From an uncultured virus (IMG/VR IMGVR_UViG_3300010233_000001) (taxonomy: Duplodnaviria; Heunggongvirae; Uroviricota; Caudoviricetes), in the IMG/VR virus record IMGVR_UViG_3300010233_000001: a DNA stretch of 64,000 bases. One strand, 5' to 3'. The translations under genes and the position numbers were made by a program. This document shows positions 39,311 to 50,756 of this stretch, in pieces. The first letter of the stretch is position 1; each line of letters begins with the position of its first letter. Below the pieces are notes generated by a model. That model searched no databases and had not been told where the DNA came from. It was given only the letters and a program-made list of their open reading frames with translations.

Positions 39311-40582
39311 TTAGCAGTTAAGGGAGCTTGTACGCCAACCAACAGTATCCATTGCATGAATGAGTGGACTCACTAGTTCATGCATTTCAACCAGATCCCT
39401 CTTCTTTTTATTGGAGAGAGAAACTGCCTCAAGAATTAAATCAGCGGCTGCTTTAAGTTTCTCCCTGATGGGACCAGCCCAAGACTCATAGTCTGCCTCT
39501 AGAGTAGAGAGTTTTGCATCGCCTTCTACTTCCGTCAAAAGTTCTTTGACAGATAGAATCTCTGGATTAGGGCTCATGAACTTTCTATCCCACTTGATGG
39601 AGACCTTATCTCCCTCTCCAAGAGACTCTACAACCCCTCGAATAGCCTGATCCTCTTCATACTCTTCAAAGAGGTTTACGCTGTCCTTACTAATAACCCT
39701 CTGACCAACTTTAAACTTACTCATCTTAATCTCCTTAGCATCCCCAAGAGCTAGTACGCCAACCAGCTTCACCCATCGTGCTCTTGATAACATGGTTGAT
39801 GTCATCCATCGCGCCTAATGCCTGGCCATGAGCTTTAGTAATGGCGGCGGCCTCTTCAATTAGAGCGGCCGCGGCCTCGCACTTCTCTCTAGCAGCAGCT
39901 GACCATACCTTATAGTCTTTCTCTAGGATAGACATTCTCTTATCTGCTTCATCTTCGGAGACAAGATGTATCAGATCCACTTCTTCCGGATTCGGCTTAC
40001 ACCAGGTTGAGTCCCATTTGACAAGGACTTTACCGTATTTATGAGAGACCGCTCTAATAACTCCACGCTTCAGGTTATCTCCATCGGGATTATAACTCTG
40101 AAGGTCAGCCGTTAGCTTGACAACACGTGATCCAACTTCCAATTTATCACTCATCTTCTTTCTCCTTAGCATCCCCAAGAGGAAGTATTCCAACCAGCGT
40201 GACCCATGGCACTCTGAATACCAGTATTGAGGTCGTATGTCTCCCCCAAGCTATATCCGTGAGCCTCGGCAATATCACCGGCCTCTTCGATTAGGGCGGC
40301 GGCTGCCTGCACCTTCTCTTTGACCGCTGTAGCCCAGGCATTATATTCGGTTTCAAGCTGAGAGAGCTTCGCTTCTGCCTCTTTCTCAGAAACAAGAAGA
40401 GAGACATCCATCTCTTCTGGTTTAGGATTGACCCAATGACTGTCCCACTGAACTAAAACCTTACCCTCTTTACGAGAGATGGCATCCACCACACCCCTAC
40501 GAGTATTATCATCTTCAGCGTTATGCTTCTGAAGTGCCCTATCAAGCTTGACAACACGATCTCCTAACTCAAACTTATTCAT
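39311..40582 (-). CDS. Three tandem paralogues (39311-39724, 39735-40154, 40166-40582) with an SH3-like N-terminus and GWxTSSxxC end
   Basis: KF.VG.RV...RGV....GKV.V.WD....P.PE... and ends GWRTSSLNC, GWRTSSWGC, GWNTSSWGC. Confidence 0.75.
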
Positions 40583-40622
40583 GATGGTAGTTTCCCTTCT
40601 ATCAATATTTGTGTATGGGGAT

Positions 40623-41147
40623 ATGATTACCCCAATATCTAAAAAATGTGGCAGATGCCAGTTACAAAAAGACACATCTAATTTCGGCAAAGATTCTTAC
40701 ACTAAAGACAAGTTTAGCAACAAATGTAAACAATGTGAAAAAGAACTTTACCTAAAAAACAGAGAGCGAATTCTTCTTCTAAACAAGGTTTGGAGGCAAA
40801 ATAATAAAGAAAGACTATCGGCCTACAACAAAATAAGAGATAGAGAGGTTGGCCGACGACTTAAAAAATCAATAGCCGTGGCTAAAAAACGACACTTATC
40901 TTGGGATATTACCTTATTAGATTTTCAGAGCCTCTGTTTATTACCATGCCACTACTGCAATAACATATTAGAAGATAGAGGTAATAGCACATATGGTGCT
41001 TTAGATAGAATTAACAACTCTATTGGATATCAATTAGATAATGTCTTACCAAGTTGTGCGACTTGCAATTATTTACGAGGTGACATCTTATCTGTGTCAG
41101 AAACAGAAGAGTTGATAAAACTACTAATACAATTAAGAAAACTATAA
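40623..41147 (+). CDS. HNH-type endonuclease, counter-oriented
   Basis: KKCGRC...CKQC; CHYC...LDRINNSIGYQLDNVLPSCATCN. Confidence 0.85.
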   Translation: MITPISKKCGRCQLQKDTSNFGKDSYTKDKFSNKCKQCEKELYLKNRERILLLNKVWRQNNKERLSAYNKIRDREVGRRLKKSIAVAKKRHLSWDITLLDFQSLCLLPCHYCNNILEDRGNSTYGALDRINNSIGYQLDNVLPSCATCNYLRGDILSVSETEELIKLLIQLRKL

Positions 41148-41585
41148 TAGTTTATCGTTCTTCATTTTCCTATATGATACAAAATCTATCCAGCTACTGT
41201 CATCTAAACGATATCCCCACACCCTTCCACGACCAGAAGTCACTACTAGAGTCCAAACAACAGGAGTAATAAGAGTTAGAGAGTGCACATCTTCAGCCGG
41301 ATGGCGAACCAAATCATACCGACGATACCTACAATAGTGAGTAGCATTGAAATCTGGTGGGCAACGGAACTGTTCTTCGTAACTACCACGCAGGATGTAG
41401 CTTCGAAAACTCCAGGGATGGTCATGGAAGTGTCTATCTTCATCCGACTTGAGAATCTGGTGAAGGTATAGATTGAACCAGGGCGTGCTAATCAAACGAT
41501 AACGTCTGAAATGGACGGCACCTTCCTTGGAAACGATCTCTTTGACCAGGAACAAAGCTCTGATTAGCTTAGTAAACCAATTCAT
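41142..41585 (-). CDS. Cupin-like phage protein
   Basis: LYLHQILKSDEDRHFHDHPWSF...GSYEE. Confidence 0.65.
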   Translation of the reverse strand: MNWFTKLIRALFLVKEIVSKEGAVHFRRYRLISTPWFNLYLHQILKSDEDRHFHDHPWSFRSYILRGSYEEQFRCPPDFNATHYCRYRRYDLVRHPAEDVHSLTLITPVVWTLVVTSGRGRVWGYRLDDSSWIDFVSYRKMKNDKLL

Positions 41586-42327
41586 TTGACTTCCTTCTTG
41601 AATTTCAGGATGACCTCATCACTAATCTTGTAACACAAGACAGCCAGTTGATCATAATACTTGAGGGTTAGGTCGATGACCTTCTCAATCTCTGCTCTGG
41701 TAGCCAGGATTCTAACCGGAATCATCCTCTCCTTGAAGAGTTCTCCAGTGGTAGGGTTGATCCATTGCCCCCTGGCAGGTGGCATGATGGTTAGACCGCC
41801 AGTAATAGATCTTACTTTATCATCCCAGACACGATGGTATCTGGTAGTATAATATTTGCCTGGCTCTAATCTTCGTTCTGTGGGAACAAGAATTTCCCAC
41901 ATCCCTTTTGGCGTAAATTCACTGTCACCCACTATTTTTCTCACATTTGAGAATTTCTCGTAATCTCATTTCAAAATGATGCCTTTGTTTCTCTAGCTTC
42001 TTAAGCCGCTTTTTGATTCGGTTGAGCCGATCTTGGATCCTCTTCTTATTCTTGACCCAATCTTGAAGAATGTCTTGAGGAATCATGTGAGATACGCTAT
42101 ACCTTCTGGTGTAATCAACAGCTCTATTGCCTGGGCCGTAAAGAAAGCTCTTGGATTAGTCTTCTTATTGGGCTTCCACTCTGAAACCATGTGTGCAGAA
42201 CATCTAATCTCAGAGACGAGATAGCAAACGCCCCGGTAATGAACCGTCCAAGGTTTACCATTGAACGATCCAGGTTTATTGAAATGCATGACTGCTTTAT
42301 ATGTTCTACGAAATGGCCCTATCTTTT

Positions 42328-42772
42328 TCATCCGAAAAGATCACCTTCTGTCAAAAGATCTCCATCTAGAATCAACCTGCCTTCATCGACTAATTCATTG
42401 ATGGCAGTATAGAGATCGTCTTTATCTTCGTCAGGAAGCAATTCTGCTAACTGCTCATGAGTCAAAGGTCCGTAATTGAGGATTGTACCTGCTACTAAAC
42501 CTCTAGTGGTCATCTGGTACCCTAACTCTTCTAGCTCTACGCTATCAGGCCAGCCTGCATTAGGACAATCGCCACAGGATTCTTTGAGAGTTCGACCGTG
42601 ATTACAAGTATGTTCGTGTTCTACATGAAGAACATGAGTGTCCTGACAACCATCTGTATGACAGGCATGATGGAACTTCTTATGCCACCAAGCATGAAGC
42701 CTGGCGAAAAAGAATCCAATGAACGGAATGGCTGAGAATAGCGCGATCGTTTCGTCAAAGACACCAGTGCAT
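42328..42772 (-). CDS. His/Cys-rich membrane-anchored protein requiring a +1 shift at CTT-TGA-C
   Basis: ATG CAC TGG TGT CTT TGA C; the +1 frame is open (DETIALFSAIPFIG...HKKFHHACH...) into track ORF 42328-42513. Confidence 0.55.
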
Positions 42773-42774
42773 GA

Positions 42775-43530
42775 TTACACAAACCCCTTCCACTTTTCAG
42801 ATTTTCGTTCCATACCATTAGGCATATCCGCCTGTATATATTCAATAAACTTGACAGCATCGCCATGTTTAGATGAATATATGTAGTATCCTTTGTTAGG
42901 ATCTTTCATACTGTTTTTTCGTGTGATTTTTAGATCGGATTGTAATTTATCATTTAGCAATCCTGCTAAAAACTCCACATCATTTTTTGTAAAACCGTCT
43001 GTATATAAAGCTAACCTAAGTAATTTTTTATTTTTACCATGATGAATGATACTGCCATCATCACAGAACCAAATCGCACAAGTAAGTGGTGATAATACTA
43101 AATCTTGAGGAACAATTTTTTCACCATTTGGATACCATTTATTTCTAAATGGAACAAAAACCTCGGCACACTGCGTTCTAAATGAACAATTGTAATAAGT
43201 TTTACCAGTTCTTTTATCGAAGGCGGATCTTGTTTTTATACCTGATGAACAAAAATCTTTGAATGCCTCAAACTCATAAGCTAAATATGATAAATCTGTT
43301 ATCTTCCTACCGAAAGCAAGCCCAACAGTAATGTGATGTTTGTAGGAATAAATAGAAGTGTCACCCAATAATCCACCTGTTAGAATTTGCTCTTGAAAAG
43401 ACGATAGGATCTTTGGCGGTTCGGGATTGAAAGACCACTCACCTTTTTTGATCTTTGCATAACGCTCTTTATCATAACAGGACTTGCATTTTTTATTCGA
43501 GCCATCACAAGAACATTTTACTTTTTTCAT
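42775..43530 (-). CDS. LAGLIDADG homing endonuclease, free-standing
   Basis: ILTGGLLGDTSI and CAIWFCDDGS, LYTDGFT; AT-rich relative to neighbours. Confidence 0.88.
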   Translation of the reverse strand: MKKVKCSCDGSNKKCKSCYDKERYAKIKKGEWSFNPEPPKILSSFQEQILTGGLLGDTSIYSYKHHITVGLAFGRKITDLSYLAYEFEAFKDFCSSGIKTRSAFDKRTGKTYYNCSFRTQCAEVFVPFRNKWYPNGEKIVPQDLVLSPLTCAIWFCDDGSIIHHGKNKKLLRLALYTDGFTKNDVEFLAGLLNDKLQSDLKITRKNSMKDPNKGYYIYSSKHGDAVKFIEYIQADMPNGMERKSEKWKGFV

Positions 43531-43591
43531 ACCTTACTATATATCTAGACTTTCACTTTTGTGAAGTGGAAACTGTATCTCTATTGAGTAT

Positions 43592-44146
43592 TTATTCGAT
43601 CTCCAACAGTTCAGCGGGAAAGTCGTTTGTGAATTTGAGAATCTTACATTGCATAGCTAGAATCATGCTGACGTTTCTATTGCCCGTTCCAACGAAAACG
43701 ACAGGTCGATCGGGATGTTTAGCCTCCGTTAGGAAGTGCTGCATCCACTTAGGATTGGCCGAATCAATTCCATCAAAAACCAGAACCCCATTACCAGGGA
43801 TAGATTGGATGAAAGTCTCATAGGAATCACTATATCCCAGTTCATTATTAGGGTCGTGATTGGCTCCTAAGATAAAGAAGGTATATGGAATGAATTCCAG
43901 CTTTTCAATCGCCTTTCGGGTAAGCTCATACTTACCACAACCGGTGAGACCAAGCACCATCAGGGGTTTGCCAGGTTTGATATTCTCTTGAATCAGCTTG
44001 ACAGCTCGTTCTTGAGGCTCTCGGACCAAATTGTCCCACGGTTCCATCACATTACTCCAGGTTGATTGGGGCCGCGCAGCTTCTGCCAGAAGACATGCAG
44101 CATGACAAGCGGAGCTATGGCGAAAAGAACGACAATGGCGCCCCAC
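43592..44146 (-). CDS. Small AAA/P-loop-like protein
   Basis: LMVLGLTGCGK...VLVFDGID. Confidence 0.55.
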   Translation of the reverse strand: MGRHCRSFRHSSACHAACLLAEAARPQSTWSNVMEPWDNLVREPQERAVKLIQENIKPGKPLMVLGLTGCGKYELTRKAIEKLEFIPYTFFILGANHDPNNELGYSDSYETFIQSIPGNGVLVFDGIDSANPKWMQHFLTEAKHPDRPVVFVGTGNRNVSMILAMQCKILKFTNDFPAELLEIE

Positions 44147-44264
44147 TTTTCAAAAAATGAGCCATCATATTCATGCTCCTGATGCTCCCTAAAAAGAAGG
44201 TATCCAACCAAAAAGTAAGAAAACAAACAGTAGACTTCTAATACGTATCGCAGAACTGCAATAA

Positions 44265-44789
44265 TCATTCGACTTCTCCGTTGAGAATTTTGAGAGCCTT
44301 CTCCACATCATCAGCGGTCAGGCCCAATTTCATTGTGGTTTTGACTAGCACTTTGGTTAGAGTCAGCATATCATCATGGTCATCCAGGATGACGAAAGAC
44401 TCTGGTTTGACCTTCAAACCATCGATATAAGTAGCAATCTCTTTGCCACGAGGGATACGAGAAGAGTTGACCTTACCATGCAGCACCGGCGTGCTGGCAG
44501 TAACTGTGAAAGTAGCTCCTCGATCCTGCATCATCTTAGTGATTTCGGTGGGAGAATACTTACTGCGCCAAGTGGAAGAGAGAACTACTTCGGCTCCCGA
44601 ACGTTTGACCAAGTCATTGAGTCGATGAAGGGCCCTGGGATCCAATAAAACATAATGATTGACCAACGTGATAAGCTGTTCGGACATATATTGAGTCTCA
44701 GACTTATACTCTGCTGAGTTACAGTAAGCATCCGAATTTAAAACTCCGTCTATATCCAAAAATATTAATTTTAGTGGCTTATCAGACAT
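44265..44789 (-). CDS. HAD domain of the Swiss-army-knife RNA-repair type (HAD_SAK_2-like)
   Basis: IFLDIDGVLN...VVLSSTWR...RGKEI...FVILDD. Confidence 0.85.
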   Translation of the reverse strand: MSDKPLKLIFLDIDGVLNSDAYCNSAEYKSETQYMSEQLITLVNHYVLLDPRALHRLNDLVKRSGAEVVLSSTWRSKYSPTEITKMMQDRGATFTVTASTPVLHGKVNSSRIPRGKEIATYIDGLKVKPESFVILDDHDDMLTLTKVLVKTTMKLGLTADDVEKALKILNGEVE

Positions 44790-44847
44790 TTATCTACCAA
44801 TTCCATTTCTGAAACTTTATAACCTGATTCCAAAATGAGTTTCATAT

Positions 44848-45384
44848 TTATTGTGTCTTGGTAGATGCGTACAGCACCACACCATTCTTAGAAAGAATGA
44901 CATTATATTCGGTGTAAACTAGCCTCTGTAAAGCTGTGCCATTGCCCCATCGAAGCCTGGCAGCCGAGTCACCAGCATGACATTGTCCACGAGTATAGAT
45001 AGTGAGGAGATCGCTGCCTCGATATCCGTGCATCTTACATACTTCTACACTATTTCTAACGTGGTAAAGTGCAACCTTTACTTGTTTTTGATAGTCTTTA
45101 GAGCAGGTATCTTTCATCTCTTGATCATTGATTGGATGAACTTGGAATAGTCCTTGAGCAGTACCAAAATCACCTCGCGTTTTGCAGTTTGCAATATCGA
45201 CTCTGAAACCACCGCTTTCCCATCTGGCAATTTTAACTAGCGTCTCTGCTTCTTGTAGATTATCTGTTTCCGCAACAATAGCAGCAACAGTTTCTTCCAT
45301 AACTATATGATTGTATGGCATACCGTGATTAGTTGCTGCCATCAACTGCACAGCGTAAGTGAGAACTGCTTCTGCTAAGGTCAT
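44848..45384 (-). CDS. Lytic transglycosylase/lysozyme-like protein
   Basis: IARWESGG...AQGLFQV. Confidence 0.55.
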   Translation of the reverse strand: MTLAEAVLTYAVQLMAATNHGMPYNHIVMEETVAAIVAETDNLQEAETLVKIARWESGGFRVDIANCKTRGDFGTAQGLFQVHPINDQEMKDTCSKDYQKQVKVALYHVRNSVEVCKMHGYRGSDLLTIYTRGQCHAGDSAARLRWGNGTALQRLVYTEYNVILSKNGVVLYASTKTQ

Positions 45385-45478
45385 CAGATTATCTCCTGTT
45401 AGGTGTTTTTTTTAGCGAGCCCTTGTCCTCTTAGTATAAGCTAATCACGCGAAATTACGGCGTCAAGTGAACGGTTGT

Positions 45479-46336
45479 TCACTGCCAACCATTCATGTCG
45501 GCTTTGTAATCGAGTCCACGAGTTAGAGTAACTGGCTCACCGACAAGACTCCAACTAGGAGTTACATGTAAATCAGCTGTCTTGACGAAAGTATCAGCAT
45601 TCTCAAGGCGAGAAGGAAGACGGTGACCATGCACTGTCTTGGGAAGGAGGCTCTTGACAGCCTCGGGGATACGCTGACTGTAAACTACGTTGTGACCATA
45701 GGCTAATTTAGCAGCTGAACCAACTGAGATGATGTGATCGGTCGAGACTAACTCTCCTAGAACAGGAGCTTTGCCATCATGAGCGTCCATGGTAGGGATA
45801 AAGAATGCGGTAGCATCCTTCGGTTCATACCACCACAGAAGAGGCTCTGCTTCAATGGAGTCATTCCAGCAGCAGATAGCGACTGGCTGGCCTGGATACA
45901 AAGCAGCATAGCCACGGAGAAAAGCAGTAGAGACCTTCGGCCTCTTCTCCACAGGGACGCGCTTGACCGCTTCGGGGATTTGATCCACTCGCTCTGCCAA
46001 GATGACAGTATAGGAGCCGACATCAAAGACTTCAGCCAGACTATCTGCGTCATAAGAGTTGCCACGGACAACTAAACTGCGCCTACCAGCTGACTTAGTC
46101 ATCTGTTGACTGGCATCAGTAATATTCTTCAGGAAGTTCTTGAACTCGCTGGTGTCGATGATGTTGTCCTGTCCCATCTTAGTATTGGTCGGGAAGGGGA
46201 TAACCATAGCATTGGGGCCACTACTAACGGCCGAGTTCTGATAAGCCAGTACATGAACTAACTTACCATCACGCTGAGCTTCGCCTACATACAGTTTGGT
46301 GTCCGACATTTCGGACTCAGTGAACGTACAGCACAT
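45479..46336 (-). CDS. Conserved hypothetical protein
   Basis: MCC start, HVLAYQN...PNAMVIPFP...MDAHDG. Confidence 0.6.
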   Translation of the reverse strand: MCCTFTESEMSDTKLYVGEAQRDGKLVHVLAYQNSAVSSGPNAMVIPFPTNTKMGQDNIIDTSEFKNFLKNITDASQQMTKSAGRRSLVVRGNSYDADSLAEVFDVGSYTVILAERVDQIPEAVKRVPVEKRPKVSTAFLRGYAALYPGQPVAICCWNDSIEAEPLLWWYEPKDATAFFIPTMDAHDGKAPVLGELVSTDHIISVGSAAKLAYGHNVVYSQRIPEAVKSLLPKTVHGHRLPSRLENADTFVKTADLHVTPSWSLVGEPVTLTRGLDYKADMNGWQ

Positions 46337-46337
46337 A

Positions 46338-47411
46338 TTACCAATCCTCCTTCTCATCGATGCCACCAGGACGGACAGCACCAGTATCACGCACAGCCCA
46401 ACCAACTGCCGGCTCTACAGCCAAAGTAGTTTCGTCCTGACGAATGCCAACCAAACCACCCAAGAACTCCATATCATGAGTCTGACTATTGATTTCCCAC
46501 TTGAAGGGAACTTTGGACAGGGAATTAGGATATGCATTCTGCTTCGGACCGTGAGCAAAACCGCGCCTGTCACTCCAGTTCTCGGCATACCGAGACTTGA
46601 TCATATTACCTTTGTAATCTTGAATGTATGGAAAGAGAACATTGACCCAGCCGGTGCAGTAAGGTCCGCCAGATCCACCATCCAACTTGTACATATTGTC
46701 CCAGAAGCTGACATCAGGCCCGCCTTCAGCGGCCTTGACGAACTGATCTAGAACCGGAAGCAGTTCCTTAGCCCACCAATCCAGATCAAACTCAGCGAAA
46801 TTCTCAGCACGAGTGCGAATGCTGCGCCAATCCTCCACCGTTCCAGTCAAGGTAACAGTTGGAATGCCACACAGGGTCCGAACGCCATACTTGAAGTATG
46901 ACTTCATGCTATCCATCAGAACCAGTTCCGAGGCAGCCAATTCCATCGAAGTGGTAGTAGTGAACTTACCCACGATCAGGTCGCGCTTCTTGCCAATGTG
47001 GTCGGCGATCTTATCGGAGAACTCGGAGAAACATCCAGCCCAATCATTGTCGGGGCTACCTTTTATGAAGTAATCTCGACGAATGATGAGCGCTTTCTTG
47101 CCTTCATGGCTAACGAAGCGCTTGCGGAGAGCTTCGGCATTCAGATTGACATGGTGCCCAAATCCTTGGGCCAAGGTCAACCAGATAGAATCGGGAGTCA
47201 GCACCAACGGATAGTGTTCAGCGAAACTTTGATGGAGCGCTTCCACCAAACCATGAGAGAATGTGCCAGCAGCAAGCTTGGTGCAATTGGCCCCACAAGC
47301 TTCAACTAGAGAGTTAGCGCGGGTGTCCAACGAGTCCTTGACCAGGGCAGTATCCAACAGGCTGGTGGCCATAGTCTGGCGTGCTTTTGCATTGACATTG
47401 AATGTGGTCAT
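46338..47411 (-). CDS. DUF4419-like protein
   Basis: HYPLVLTPDSIWLTLAQGF...FTTTT...CGIPTVTLTGTVEDW. Confidence 0.8.
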   Translation of the reverse strand: MTTFNVNAKARQTMATSLLDTALVKDSLDTRANSLVEACGANCTKLAAGTFSHGLVEALHQSFAEHYPLVLTPDSIWLTLAQGFGHHVNLNAEALRKRFVSHEGKKALIIRRDYFIKGSPDNDWAGCFSEFSDKIADHIGKKRDLIVGKFTTTTSMELAASELVLMDSMKSYFKYGVRTLCGIPTVTLTGTVEDWRSIRTRAENFAEFDLDWWAKELLPVLDQFVKAAEGGPDVSFWDNMYKLDGGSGGPYCTGWVNVLFPYIQDYKGNMIKSRYAENWSDRRGFAHGPKQNAYPNSLSKVPFKWEINSQTHDMEFLGGLVGIRQDETTLAVEPAVGWAVRDTGAVRPGGIDEKEDW

Positions 47412-48319
47412 TTATTTTCCTTTTCTTTCAGTACACGTATATCACTGGGCTGTTCTCATCATCCATTTGAATCCACAACCGTAACCTTCCCTGTTTTTAC
47501 AAGTAACATGGAAGTGTCCGTTCTTATTCTTGTTGCAAGAGCAAAACGTATGACTTATAAGTTCTAAATTTCTCCTGCACATAGGACATGAAGTGGTCCA
47601 ATGATTTTGGAATGGGAAGACTTTTTCAGTTATTTTGGGAATAACTCCCACATCGCTTGCTTTCGGGATGTTGGGCTTCTTGTTCTCGGTAACCTTAGAT
47701 CTCTTAAAGAGGCGAAAACCACCCCAGATACCAAAAAATAATACGGGACCTACAAGTAGATCATATGGATTCATTGCACTTCCTCATGTGAAAACTTCCC
47801 ACCAGTTCGAGTAACAGAATTGTTTACTGTACCAGATGGGCACTTAGTGATTCGAGAAACGACCCTATCGCTACAGTAAAGATAAGAACCTTTGCACTCA
47901 GAGTAGGGACCAATATAACAAACATGTTGGTCTACTTCGATAATGTGGCACTCTTCACCTTCAATAGTAACCGCTCCCATATCATGGGGTACAAGTTTGG
48001 AGCCTTCATCTTTAGTATCAAAAGCCGGACAGTTTGGTTTATAATTATCTAGGTGATTCAGGTAGCTAAATACTCCTACCCAAAACACTATGAAACCCAA
48101 AACGAACCAATCTTGGAATCTCAATCTTTCCACTTGACTAGTTCCAATCCCCAGGGAGTCTCCACATACTTCCGATCCATTTCCTTTTGGGAGCGTGTTT
48201 TTTGAAACGAATATTTATGACCGCAACTCGTCAATTTTTTGCCTTTGCCATCTTCGCCAATAACCACCATCATCTGTTGACAGATGGGACACGGCTTCAT
48301 GGACAGTTTGTTAGCATTA

Positions 48320-49123
48320 TTACTCATCGCCATAACCTTTGTAATAGTTTTTCTTGGCTTTGACCTGAACGATATCTACTGAATACGTGGTAGAATTAGC
48401 AGCCTCATCGTCAGATAAGGTAGTCGATCCATTGAGAAAAGCTGCGGTTAGATGACCACCAAAACAACAGCCAGTATCAATGCCGATACAGCTCACACCA
48501 TCTTTGATGGTCTGCCTGATTTCTTTCAGATGGTGGACACAATGTCCATAAATTATGGACTCGGGCCCCTTCCACAATTGATCCCAATAAACGGTTCCCT
48601 CGGGCTGAGAAAGATCGTGATTTAGCGATTGGGCAATACCATCAGCATTGACATATCTGACCCTCATAATCTGCTTAGGATCCTGCTTTTCCAAGCTATA
48701 ACGAGGCTCGCAACCAGCATGAACTGCCCACCACTGATCAACTAGATGTATCTTGACCGGTAGATTCTTTAGGAACGTCCAGTCTTGATCGTTGAGAGCT
48801 TCGTTGGCAGCAGCTGCCTCAGGAGCTAAGTGCCTCATAGGGTTAGCCTTACCAGTCTCCAGGCGCTTCTTCTCGTGCTTATGCCACCTTATGTGTTTGT
48901 CCTCGTGATTGCCAAGAACACACTCTATCTTGAGTTCTCTGGCTCTGCGCACACAACCAACTGGATCTGGACCGCGATCCATTAGATCACCCAGCATAAC
49001 CAGCCTCATCTTTTCTTTGTTGTATTGAATCTTCTTGAGAAGCTCATCGAACTCCTCCAGGCAGCCGTGGATATCTCCGACGACAACTATTTGCTTTTCA
49101 CTCATTGTAACTTCCTGCTTCAA
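48320..49123 (-). CDS. Calcineurin-like metallophosphoesterase (ApaH/PrpE/Pnkp-type)
   Basis: VGDIHGC, GDLMDRGP, LGNHE, VHAG, YGH, IDTGC. Confidence 0.92.
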   Translation of the reverse strand: MKQEVTMSEKQIVVVGDIHGCLEEFDELLKKIQYNKEKMRLVMLGDLMDRGPDPVGCVRRARELKIECVLGNHEDKHIRWHKHEKKRLETGKANPMRHLAPEAAAANEALNDQDWTFLKNLPVKIHLVDQWWAVHAGCEPRYSLEKQDPKQIMRVRYVNADGIAQSLNHDLSQPEGTVYWDQLWKGPESIIYGHCVHHLKEIRQTIKDGVSCIGIDTGCCFGGHLTAAFLNGSTTLSDDEAANSTTYSVDIVQVKAKKNYYKGYGDE

Positions 49124-49318
49124 TTTATTCTATTGTTGCGGCTATTGTAAGGCTCGTGGCCAGGATGTCAAGGTCACACAATTTCTACGGTTGAAGCTCC
49201 GTGCTATTCCAAAACAATTTCTAGGTGGATCTCGACATCACGTTGGGGGATCTATAGGGGGATACAGTAATATGATCGTAGCGGGGAGCCATCGTATTAT
49301 GAAAGATTGTATGATCGA

Positions 49319-50074
49319 TCAATGGAACAGGTTGGAGACGCTGATCTCTCCGTCTGATTTAATCAGAGAATACAGGAAGAATAGCGATCCTGCTGTGATA
49401 CAATAAGCTCCAATTGTCTGAAAGATTTTGATTTTATTCATTAATTTAGGAAGCGGAGAGATTAAGTATCCTAGACCTTGACGTCTAAAATTCCAATTAT
49501 TATAAGATGACCATAAATATTTGCCGCCAAAAATAATGATTAAAACCGAAATCATTGGATTAAAAGACCATGCTACCACTACACCAATCAGTGTAGAGAT
49601 AGCCATCAAAACTACCCCAAATGTTTCGTTAATGCTAAAAGTAATAGTCTCCATAATTAATCCGCCATCTAACTGAGAAAGAGGTGCTAGATTGAAAAGA
49701 TTAATAATGGCCATCCATTCAGCAGCCTCTCCTAATAGAGGTAAACCAGTCATCAAATAAAGTCCATAGGATGCAAAAGCCATACTAGATCCCCAAACAG
49801 GACCCATTATGGCAGTAAAAACTTGCTGAGAATATCTATGATATCTACTTTGAATTAGAGCAGCTCCTCCTACGAAGGGCCACAGAAAAAATCCTCCGGT
49901 TTTGAGACCAACTTTATTGGCGGCCCACAAATGACCACATTCATGAAATGAAACACCAATCATCAAAACTAGCGCAACTCTCCAATTAAGAGTTGTCGCG
50001 TAGATAACGAATGTAAATAAATAAGAGAATATTTGATTGGTAGTTGGAACCATATTAACGATTAACCAGGCCAC
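49319..50074 (-). CDS. Site-2 protease (peptidase M50)
   Basis: HECGH and NLAPLSQLDGG, multiple TM segments. Confidence 0.88.
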   Translation of the reverse strand: MAWLIVNMVPTTNQIFSYLFTFVIYATTLNWRVALVLMIGVSFHECGHLWAANKVGLKTGGFFLWPFVGGAALIQSRYHRYSQQVFTAIMGPVWGSSMAFASYGLYLMTGLPLLGEAAEWMAIINLFNLAPLSQLDGGLIMETITFSINETFGVVLMAISTLIGVVVAWSFNPMISVLIIIFGGKYLWSSYNNWNFRRQGLGYLISPLPKLMNKIKIFQTIGAYCITAGSLFFLYSLIKSDGEISVSNLFH

Positions 50075-50279
50075 CGAAAACGAGAGCTAAAACTGCGAAG
50101 ATAAAAAACATTACCAGTGCAAATGCAAAACTGATCCAGAGAGGAGATAAAACCCACACCCAAGACCAACTGATAACATGACCGAGCTTGAGACCTACAA
50201 ATAGAACTGTAAGAAGGCCACCAAGACCAATACCGCGACCACTTGAATTATTTGAGGCAGACATTTAATACTTACCTTA

Positions 50280-50756
50280 TTATTTGAGATTTAGAAAATA
50301 AAAACTAATTAGAGCTAGTACCACTCCCACTCCCTGTTTAAAGCTGAGGGTTTCTCTCATGAAAGACATGGAGAGAATAAGAGTAAGTGCTGGGTATAGA
50401 GCGCACAAAATAGTAGTCTGGCCTGCCGCCCCACCATTACGCAAGGCGTAAGAAAAACCAAGGGAACCTACACACATAAATATAGATCCAAATATAGATA
50501 CCCAAATACCTAAAGGTGTAACGGTAAGATTTGGTTTGACAATTATTAGAGCGGCAGGCAGTACAATAAGATAAACTACCATGGAAACGGCAGAGACTAC
50601 CAAAGGGTGCATCTCAGCATTGGATATTTTAGACAGGTAGGAGCCAACGCCCCAACCTACAATAGCTAGTAGAATCAACCAGAACTGAGACATAGCTCCG
50701 CCTATTCGAAAAACCCATGAATGAGTCCTACGATTGATACCAAAATAATGGCCCAC
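50280..50756 (-). CDS. EamA/DMT-family membrane protein
   Basis: Five TM helices, ALYPALTLILS...E. Confidence 0.75.
   Translation of the reverse strand: MGHYFGINRRTHSWVFRIGGAMSQFWLILLAIVGWGVGSYLSKISNAEMHPLVVSAVSMVVYLIVLPAALIIVKPNLTVTPLGIWVSIFGSIFMCVGSLGFSYALRNGGAAGQTTILCALYPALTLILSMSFMRETLSFKQGVGVVLALISFYFLNLK

Noticed and set aside
42775..43530. LAGLIDADG as part of a group I intron or intein
   Set aside because: It has its own start, upstream motif and stop, and the flanks leave no room for an intron core or for host-gene exons.
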